From contig DXJA01000257.1 of assembly GCA_019056875.1 (NCBI GenBank), positions 1-15,428 of the forward strand: 15,428 nucleotides of DNA, read 5' to 3'. This DNA comes from Candidatus Jordarchaeum madagascarense (GTDB lineage: Archaea > Asgardarchaeota > Jordiarchaeia > Jordiarchaeales > Jordiarchaeaceae). Position 1 is the first letter of the stretch; the number at the start of each line of letters is the position of its first letter. Under the pieces are notes generated by a model, which was not told the origin of the DNA, ran no database searches, and saw only the letters and a program-made list of their open reading frames with translations. Shown here piece after piece: positions 7,205 through 13,123 of this stretch. A program made the translations under genes and the position numbers.

Positions 7205-9751
7205 TTGGTGAGCTTAAATACCGAAAATTGGAAAGAAAGGATGGTGAATCTGGGGATGGACTGGTTTCCAAGCTTGGACTGGCTCATAATCATAGCTGCT
7301 ATTACAATCCTCGCCGCCGTAACGGTCAACCTCTACTTACTCACACGTAGACGATTGGGGATAATGGCCCGAGGATTCTATACCAAACGCCTCCGCACCA
7401 CCTTCACCTGCTCCTTAGGAATAACCAGCATACCCAGAGATGTGGGGCAGGTTCAGAGAATCGACACCCGAAAAGACCTGGAAGGCGCTGTTACTTACAC
7501 CTTCCAGCACCTCACCTCCCTCTGGGAAGGCGAAATAAGCGAAGCCAGCTACGAAATCCACACCAACCGGGAAGAAGTATCCCTAATGTTCCACACCCAC
7601 CACACCCAGAGAAACGAAGAGGAAGCTTTCAACAAGGCCTACACCAACCTTCAAGCCCTAAAAACCAGCCTCCAAACCAATTATCCTGGAATACAAATCG
7701 AACCCATAGAATTCGAAAAACTCCACCAAATCCTAGACCCCCTAATCCCCCAAGATGGTGTGATTGTGGAAAAAACCAGACACTCCCTCCGAATCCAAGA
7801 CGAAACCGGAACCAGATACCTCAGCCTAGTACACCTAAAGAAAGGCGTGGAACTTATGCCCCGGGAGGAAGCTACCCAGATAGACCTGCTCATAGAAAGC
7901 CTGCTGGCACACGGCATAGAGGCAAGACTCGTAGTCCACTGCAAGAGGAGGAGAAAGCCCCGCCTAAAAAAAGAGGAAGTAAAAAGAAAGCACGGGAAAC
8001 CACTCACGGTACCCGAGCAGATGGAACTAACCGACTGGAGAACCGCCCAGATAGACAACCGGCTGGGAATAACCACCGGATACTGGACGGTCTCCGCCTA
8101 CATCATCCTAACCACCCAGACCGAAATGGAAGCCCAGATCAAAACCAAACAGGCAAGCCACATTCTAACCACCGTTTACAGCGGGCCCCTCTACGGACCC
8201 GAAATCAAAATTTTTAGCGGAAGAAAAATCCTCAAAAAACTCCACAGCATAGCCTCCAGGCGCTCCGTGGGAAAAACCGCAGACCTGCCCTCTACCCGGC
8301 TCGCAGCCCTAGTCCACCTACCCGAAAGACCCCTACCGGGACTCCAAGCCCTAACCCAAGTCGACTTCGAAATCCCACCCAGCACCATCTTCAAACCAAT
8401 GGTAGAGATTCCCACAACTCTAGTACTGCACAGAGAAAGAGAGGTCTATACTTGCACTCTAAACCCTGACGAACTGTGCAAGGGAATGGCAGTCTTGGGA
8501 AGACCGGGCTCCGGAAAAACACGTTTCCTCGGACACTTCCTAAAAAGACTCCTAATAAAGAGACCTAAATTACCCATGCTCATATTCGAATCCAAAGGAG
8601 AACTCACCTCCCTAGCAGCCCTCCCAGATATTAAGGAGAGAGTTCTCGTTCTCTGCCCCGGAACAGACTACGCCCCAATAAAAATAAACCTCTTCAACCC
8701 GGGAGCCATAGAACCAGAAGAATATTCTAGGAAGCTTCAAGGATTTCTCACAGAGATCCTTGAAAACTACTTCGGCGGAGACACAGAGTTCAGCCCTCAG
8801 ATGTCCAGAATCTTGGGAGAAGTGCTGCCCGAAGTGGTGGGAAACCCTTCACTCCAGAGCTTTGAGGGGCTTTTCCAAGTTATGGACAACTACTCGGTGA
8901 GGAATAAACACAACTACAGCTTTGTGGAAAACACCGTTCTGGCACTGAAGAGCAGGTTGGAAATCTTCCGAAGAGGCATCCTGAAAAAGGTTTTCGACAC
9001 TCCGCAAACCAACATACCATTAGACTATCTCTTAAACAGAGTAGTAATAGTGAATTTGGGACCTTTTCTCGGACAGGGGGGAACCAAAGACGCGGTGCAG
9101 ATACTGTTGGGAGTGTTAACGCTTCAGGTTTTCCAAGCAGCACTAGAGCGACAGGATACCACCAGCCTTCAACACCTGCTTGTAGTTGATGATGCCCGCT
9201 TCCTGGTTCCCGACATTTATAACCGACGCACCAGTGGAGACACCACGGCCATCGAAGACATGATAACTGTGGAGAGGGGCAAGGGACAGGGAGTAATAGT
9301 AGCCTGCCAGGACCCCGCAGTGTCCAAAGTGGTTCTGGCAAACTGCGCTACCTACATAGTTTTTCAGCTCAGCTTCCAATCCACATCAGAGAAGGAGTTT
9401 CTGGAGTTAGAGTTGGGTGTTCAACAGGAGGAGCAACGCAAGCACTTGGTTTCCCAACCCCCTAGGGAAGCCGTGATGAGAATACCCCGATACCCTTATC
9501 CTTTTAGAGTGAGAACCTTCCACCACGAAGTTCAAAACCTCATCCCCGAAGATATAGAACAACATAACAAAACCTGCCACCCCAGAATATACGATGAGGG
9601 GAAAGAGAGGAAGGGCGCATTAGAACCCGGGGAAACAGGGGGGTTAGAGAAGCAGTTTCCGTCACCTCAGAGTTTTGAGGGGGAAAACCAAGATGTCCAT
9701 AAACTTGAAAAACTGTTCGCCTCACTAATAGAAAGTGGGGAAGAGTCTTAG
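7205..9751 (+). CDS. Membrane-anchored P-loop NTPase of the VirB4/HerA/FtsK superfamily with a large uncharacterised N-terminal domain
   Basis: 848-aa ORF. One TM helix (WLIIIAAITILAAVTVNLYLL, nt 7280-7342). Walker A GRPGSGKT (8498-8521, aa 432-439). Walker B LLVVDD (9176-9193). RGKGQGVIVACQDP and ATYIVFQL strands. A basic patch KRRRKPRLKKEEVKRKHGK (7943-7999) and an acidic tail. The start is uncertain: TTG 7205, GTG 7208, ATG 7241 or ATG 7256. All four precede the TM helix. Confidence 0.85.
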   Translation: MVSLNTENWKERMVNLGMDWFPSLDWLIIIAAITILAAVTVNLYLLTRRRLGIMARGFYTKRLRTTFTCSLGITSIPRDVGQVQRIDTRKDLEGAVTYTFQHLTSLWEGEISEASYEIHTNREEVSLMFHTHHTQRNEEEAFNKAYTNLQALKTSLQTNYPGIQIEPIEFEKLHQILDPLIPQDGVIVEKTRHSLRIQDETGTRYLSLVHLKKGVELMPREEATQIDLLIESLLAHGIEARLVVHCKRRRKPRLKKEEVKRKHGKPLTVPEQMELTDWRTAQIDNRLGITTGYWTVSAYIILTTQTEMEAQIKTKQASHILTTVYSGPLYGPEIKIFSGRKILKKLHSIASRRSVGKTADLPSTRLAALVHLPERPLPGLQALTQVDFEIPPSTIFKPMVEIPTTLVLHREREVYTCTLNPDELCKGMAVLGRPGSGKTRFLGHFLKRLLIKRPKLPMLIFESKGELTSLAALPDIKERVLVLCPGTDYAPIKINLFNPGAIEPEEYSRKLQGFLTEILENYFGGDTEFSPQMSRILGEVLPEVVGNPSLQSFEGLFQVMDNYSVRNKHNYSFVENTVLALKSRLEIFRRGILKKVFDTPQTNIPLDYLLNRVVIVNLGPFLGQGGTKDAVQILLGVLTLQVFQAALERQDTTSLQHLLVVDDARFLVPDIYNRRTSGDTTAIEDMITVERGKGQGVIVACQDPAVSKVVLANCATYIVFQLSFQSTSEKEFLELELGVQQEEQRKHLVSQPPREAVMRIPRYPYPFRVRTFHHEVQNLIPEDIEQHNKTCHPRIYDEGKERKGALEPGETGGLEKQFPSPQSFEGENQDVHKLEKLFASLIESGEES

Positions 9752-10007
9752 CTTGCTGTGGTCGGGTAAAGCTACTGTGTTAACGGGTGCACTCTTATTT
9801 TTGTATCTTCTTTGGCTTTTCTGGATGGGTTTTAAGGTGACCATTTTTTACTTTAAATGACTTAACCAATACCCTTTTCCCTTAATGGGTTTCCGCTTTC
9901 GCTCTTGTTTCTTTTTCATTCTAGTGAAGAACACTGCACAGAAATCAATAAAAAATTGGGAAAGCTTAAATTAAAAAATTATATATTTTTAGGAGGAAGC
10001 GAGAGCC

Positions 10008-10580
10008 ATGGAAAAGAAAGAGATTGGTGCTAAGACTTTTTTGTATCCCATGCCCACCACTTTGGTTGGAGCGAATGTGGGTGGTAAGCCGAATTTTTTA
10101 ACTGTTGCTTACTGTGGAATAGTGAACAATAATCCTCCTGCCATTTCAATAGCTTTGGGTAAACGTCACTTTACCAATCCGGGAATAAGAGAAAACAAAA
10201 CTTTCAGTGTAAATATTCCCTCGGTGGAAATGGTAAAAATCACCGATTACTGTGGCCTAGTTTCAGGGAAAAGTGTTGGCAAATCCAAGCTTTTTAGTGT
10301 TTTTTACGGCAAACTTGAAACTGCGCCTATGATTAGGGAATGTCCGCTGAACTTGGAGTGTAAACTTGTTCAGACTCTGGAATTTTCCGTTGATGAAGTT
10401 TTTATTGGGGAGATTGTTGCAGCTTATGCTGAGGAACGATACCTAACTGATGGTTTGCCGGATATTAAGAAGATTAATCCAATCGTATTTTCTATGCATG
10501 ATAATAACTACTGGAAAGTTGGGGAGCACATTGGTGGAGCGTGGAACATTGGGAAGGAGTTCAAATCCAAGGGAGAATAA
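10008..10580 (+). CDS. Flavin reductase-like domain protein (FMN-binding split-barrel family)
   Basis: 190 aa. FLYPMPTTLVGANVGGKPNFLTVAYCGIVNNNPPAISIALGKRHFT and the following FSVNIPS block are typical of the flavin_reduct family. AGGAGG at 9991-9996 lies 11 nt upstream of the ATG. An A/T-rich TATA-like stretch spans 9974-9990. Confidence 0.88.
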   Translation: MEKKEIGAKTFLYPMPTTLVGANVGGKPNFLTVAYCGIVNNNPPAISIALGKRHFTNPGIRENKTFSVNIPSVEMVKITDYCGLVSGKSVGKSKLFSVFYGKLETAPMIRECPLNLECKLVQTLEFSVDEVFIGEIVAAYAEERYLTDGLPDIKKINPIVFSMHDNNYWKVGEHIGGAWNIGKEFKSKGE

Positions 10581-10605
10581 TGACGCCCGCCTCTAAATAC
10601 TTGCA

Positions 10606-10610
10606 TTTTT
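10606..10610 (+). terminator. T5 tract 25 nt after the flavin reductase stop
   Basis: The sequence ttgcattttt lies immediately downstream of TAA 10578-10580. It is a weak signal on its own. Confidence 0.3.
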
Positions 10611-10927
10611 CCGCATTTCAAAAGCCTACATCCCAATATTTGACGTAATGTGAACAATAGACTTATATAATTTTCTTTATTCTATGTAATATTGCGAGAG
10701 AATATTTATTGCACAGGTCCGTTACTTGAAATCAGAAAGCCAAGCACAAATCAATTTTTGAATAATCATTAATATTTACCTTGTATCCATTGATGGGGCG
10801 TGTTGCTAGGGATCCACGACAACTCAGAGTTGTTTGAAGTAGTTCCCATACGTATTCAAAATTAATGAAGAGCAGGAAGAAACGGAGTTTACTTTTAGGA
10901 TACACCAGCTACAAAACCAGTGTAACT

Positions 10928-10947
10928 CTAATTTCCTCTAATTTCCT
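10928..10947. repeat. Perfect 10-bp tandem duplication (ctaatttcct x2)
   Basis: Copies at 10928-10937 and 10938-10947 are identical. The repeat lies 21-41 nt upstream of the ATG at 10969. Confidence 0.9.
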
Positions 10948-10968
10948 TTTTAGGGGTTGGTGTAGAAA

Positions 10969-11223
10969 ATGCATAGGTTAAAAATTGAGAGGGTAAGGAT
11001 TCAGAATGTTAAGATTGAGCGTTTGAAGATGTTAGAGGATAGTGTGGATTTGAAAAGTCTGGAGTGTCCCAATTGTAAGAGCACGAATGTTAGTGTTTTT
11101 TTTAGAGACTTGGAAAATGACTTTGTTTGTTACATACCATATTGTATTGATTGTCATTATTCTTTTGAGAATCATATCCTTTTGTCGGAGAAAATTCTAA
11201 AAAGTAAATTTAAAGCTCATTGA
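10969..11223 (+). CDS. Small zinc-ribbon protein (hypothetical)
   Basis: 84 aa. It has CPNC ... C-x4-C-x2-C-H (CYIPYCIDCH), a four-Cys ribbon candidate. The N-terminus carries a repeated KIER (LKIERVRIQNVKIERLK). GGTG lies about 8 nt upstream of the ATG. An alternative start is Met21 (MLEDSV...). No homology is recognised. Confidence 0.55.
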   Translation: MHRLKIERVRIQNVKIERLKMLEDSVDLKSLECPNCKSTNVSVFFRDLENDFVCYIPYCIDCHYSFENHILLSEKILKSKFKAH

Positions 11224-11292
11224 AAGGATCAATTGTATAGCTTTTCTCAATTCAGTACAATAGACACTTGAGGTTTGAGAAACACATTATCC

Positions 11293-11412
11293 AAGCGTTG
11301 AAAAATAGAAACCATTCAAATCTAGAGAAGAATAATAAGCAACGCTTTTGGAATAATACGCGTTTTTTTATGTTTTCACACTTCTACCTAAAGCGTTGCC
11401 TTTTGGAATAAT
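11293..11412. promoter_or_regulatory. Cluster of repeated motifs in the spacer upstream of ORF 11514: aagcgttg x3 plus a 13-bp direct repeat
   Basis: aagcgttg occurs at 11293-11300 (+), as its reverse complement caacgctt at 11340-11347, and again at 11391-11398 (+). gcaacgctt (11339-11347) and aagcgttgc (11391-11399) form a 9-bp inverted repeat. cttttggaataat is repeated exactly at 11345-11357 and 11400-11412. A T7 run lies at 11363-11369. Confidence 0.5.
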
Positions 11413-11513
11413 TTTTTAAAAGTAAAAGTGATTAAAAGTTAATTGAGCGAGTTTAAAAAATGTTAAATGTACTTTAGTTTAAATTCTAATTAATTAATGG
11501 TGGATAGAAAAGA

Positions 11514-12410
11514 TTGAAAGAGAAAATTTTGGGGGAATTTGAGGTTAATGTAAATGTGGATTGGGGTAAGCCCCTCTCCATTTGGGAGGGGGAAGAATAT
11601 GTTAAGCGGCAATCTTTGGATTATCGGGAGGGCTTTTTTGCCCGTTTATTAGTATCAGAATCTCGAATGTTTATAATCACCGAGTTCACAGACGATTTCA
11701 AAATGGGGATTCTGACACCAGTTATTTCAGGTGTTGAAAAAAAACAGCGTTCTCTATACTTGGAACTAGCTTTGAATAAAATGGATAAATACTACTTTGG
11801 AATGATGAAAAACACTATTTTATTTAAACCCCATGGAGTGCTTGGAAAAATCATTATAGAATTTAAAAATTTGTCCGGAGAATTGAAGAAAACAATTCCG
11901 GAAACTCTGGAAAAAGCCAGAGCCTTAAAAATAAGAACTCCAAATAGTGGAATATTGGTCTCAGATAGACCGATAAAAGAAATATTTGAGGAAAGAATGC
12001 GAATCATTAATGCTGAGAAACGAGAACCAAAGTATCAGATTGCACCGGAGATAGAATCGGAAAATGAAACGATCTCAGTTCCTTTAGCAACTTCAGAATT
12101 CAAACCAAATACTGAAACTGTTCTTCCCGAAGCATCACCAATTTCCGAATCATCAGAATCTAAACCCGCAGTCCAAGAAGAGGGACCTAGCCCCTCAACT
12201 AATGAAATACAAGTAACAGAACCCTCAGTTGCGATTGAAGAGATTAAAACAGCACACTCGATGAGTAAAGAGGTGGAAATCGAGGAGGCGAAAAAGTTAG
12301 AAAAAACTTGGAAATCTTTAGTTCCTAAAGAAACAATTTGTCCCTATTGTAAAAAACGAGTATTAACAATTGATAGGACCTGCCCAGACTGCGGCGCAAT
12401 AAATCTTTAA
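11514..12410 (+). CDS. Hypothetical protein: N-terminal globular domain, acidic Ser/Pro/Glu-rich linker, C-terminal zinc ribbon
   Basis: 298 aa. TTG start with GGTGGA at 11499-11504; there is no in-frame ATG before Met52. The linker covers roughly nt 12030-12300 (PEIESENETISVPLATSEF...SESSESKPAVQEEGPSPS...). The zinc ribbon is CPYC-x10-CPDC at 12339-12392. An oligo-T tract follows the stop. Confidence 0.7.
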   Translation: MKEKILGEFEVNVNVDWGKPLSIWEGEEYVKRQSLDYREGFFARLLVSESRMFIITEFTDDFKMGILTPVISGVEKKQRSLYLELALNKMDKYYFGMMKNTILFKPHGVLGKIIIEFKNLSGELKKTIPETLEKARALKIRTPNSGILVSDRPIKEIFEERMRIINAEKREPKYQIAPEIESENETISVPLATSEFKPNTETVLPEASPISESSESKPAVQEEGPSPSTNEIQVTEPSVAIEEIKTAHSMSKEVEIEEAKKLEKTWKSLVPKETICPYCKKRVLTIDRTCPDCGAINL

Positions 12411-12419
12411 TATAAAATC

Positions 12420-12430
12420 TTTTTGATTTT
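12420..12430 (+). terminator. Oligo-T terminator candidate after ORF 11514-12410
   Basis: T5 (12420-12424), GA, then T4 (12427-12430), beginning 10 nt after the TAA. Confidence 0.4.
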
Positions 12431-12603
12431 CTGAAGTTTGCTTACCTGTTGGTGATAATTCCACTTTTTCTTCGGTTTTAAGAAATAAATAATCTTTTCT
12501 AAACAATTGATTTATATACAATGTTAACCTTAAAAAAATATATAGTTTTTTTAAAATTAATAGAATAGTATACAGGATTCAAAAGTGATGAAATATTCAA
12601 GTT

Positions 12604-12610
12604 GAGGAGG
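12604..12610 (+). promoter_or_regulatory. Shine-Dalgarno-like GAGGAGG for the ATG at 12617
   Basis: GAGGAGG lies 6 nt upstream of ATG 12617. This argues that the TTG at 12602 used by the ORF track is an over-extension. Confidence 0.6.
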
Positions 12611-12616
12611 AAAAAT

Positions 12617-13054
12617 ATGGTAAATCCAAAGGCTTGGAACTGGATAGGACGAATAGGTGCAGGCTACATAGTATTAACGGGTATAGTGATAATAGTTCTA
12701 GGTGTCACAACAGCGGCTAGTGTAGTCACATATCAAATATTAATCTACTTTTTCCCGGATTATTTAGTTGAAATTCTTACATATCTATCGTACATCTCCC
12801 CGACATTGGCAGCGTTTTCTTTTGGGCCACTAGCCCCAGTGTTTGGACTTCAGGGCGCTTCATCCATGATCGTAGGTGGAATTATTATCGAAGCTATTGG
12901 TTGGCTGGCATCATTTGGTGCATTATTGACTCGCTTCGGTATCAGGGCGGGAGCAATTCTAATGGCATTTTCTGGATTTGCAGGCTTCTTATTCTTTAAC
13001 CTCGGAGGACTATTAGCACTAGTTGCCGGCGTTGCACTCTGGCACGAAGCTTAG
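12617..13054 (+). CDS. Small Gly-rich integral membrane protein (about 4 TM segments), hypothetical
   Basis: 145 aa from ATG 12617. Hydrophobic segments include GYIVLTGIVIIVLGVTTAASVV, SMIVGGIIIEAIGWLASFGALL and GAILMAFSGFAGFLFFNLGGLLALVAGVALW. No family is recognised. Confidence 0.7.
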   Translation: MVNPKAWNWIGRIGAGYIVLTGIVIIVLGVTTAASVVTYQILIYFFPDYLVEILTYLSYISPTLAAFSFGPLAPVFGLQGASSMIVGGIIIEAIGWLASFGALLTRFGIRAGAILMAFSGFAGFLFFNLGGLLALVAGVALWHEA

Positions 13055-13092
13055 AGTCAAGTTCCATAAATCTTGAAAATGCTCCCCCTAAC

Positions 13093-13106
13093 TTTTTCTT
13101 CTTTTT
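13093..13106 (+). terminator. Oligo-T terminator candidate after the membrane-protein gene
   Basis: T5 (13093-13097) and T5 (13102-13106) lie in the convergent gap 13055-13123. Confidence 0.4.
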
Positions 13107-13123
13107 AAATTTCCAAAAGAGAA

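Noticed and set aside
7966-7972. An A7 run inside the ATPase gene, considered as a programmed frameshift or slippery site.
   Set aside because: The zero frame reads through, and all conserved ATPase motifs lie downstream in the same frame. The run simply encodes the Lys-rich patch.
8855-9682. A near-identical 15-mer in the ATPase gene (cagagctttgagggg at 8855-8869, cagagttttgagggg at 9668-9682), both in frame and encoding QSFEG.
   Set aside because: It is a single short match with no extended similarity around it. It is most simply coincidence and is not evidence for an internal duplication.
7681-9725. Long antisense ORFs inside the ATPase gene (7681-8076, 8191-8415, 8880-9341, 9143-9379, 9540-9725).
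   Set aside because: Their products are low-complexity Ser/Arg/Leu/Pro/Trp-rich strings with no motifs. They are the expected by-product of a C-rich, T3-poor sense strand, which leaves few stop codons on the complement. The sense frame carries intact Walker A and Walker B motifs.
9848-9919. A 23-aa very basic minus-strand ORF (MKKKQERKRKPIKGKGYWLSHLK) in the spacer after the ATPase gene.
   Set aside because: It is simply the complement of a T/C-rich spacer. It has no RBS or promoter, it overlaps the + strand micro-ORF end, and it is too short to evaluate.
6932-10007. A search for terminal direct or inverted repeats flanking the ATPase gene that would mark it as a mobile insertion.
   Set aside because: The flanks share only 7-mers (agctact at 7151 and 9770, tgcacag at 7140 and 9935). 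That is about what chance predicts for two ~260-bp sequences. There is no integrase or transposase.
12585-12591. gtgatga, a C-box-like heptamer upstream of the membrane-protein gene (C/D-box sRNA?).
   Set aside because: There is no downstream ctga D box and no C'/D' pair at a suitable distance. The site lies in the promoter/RBS region of ORF 12617.
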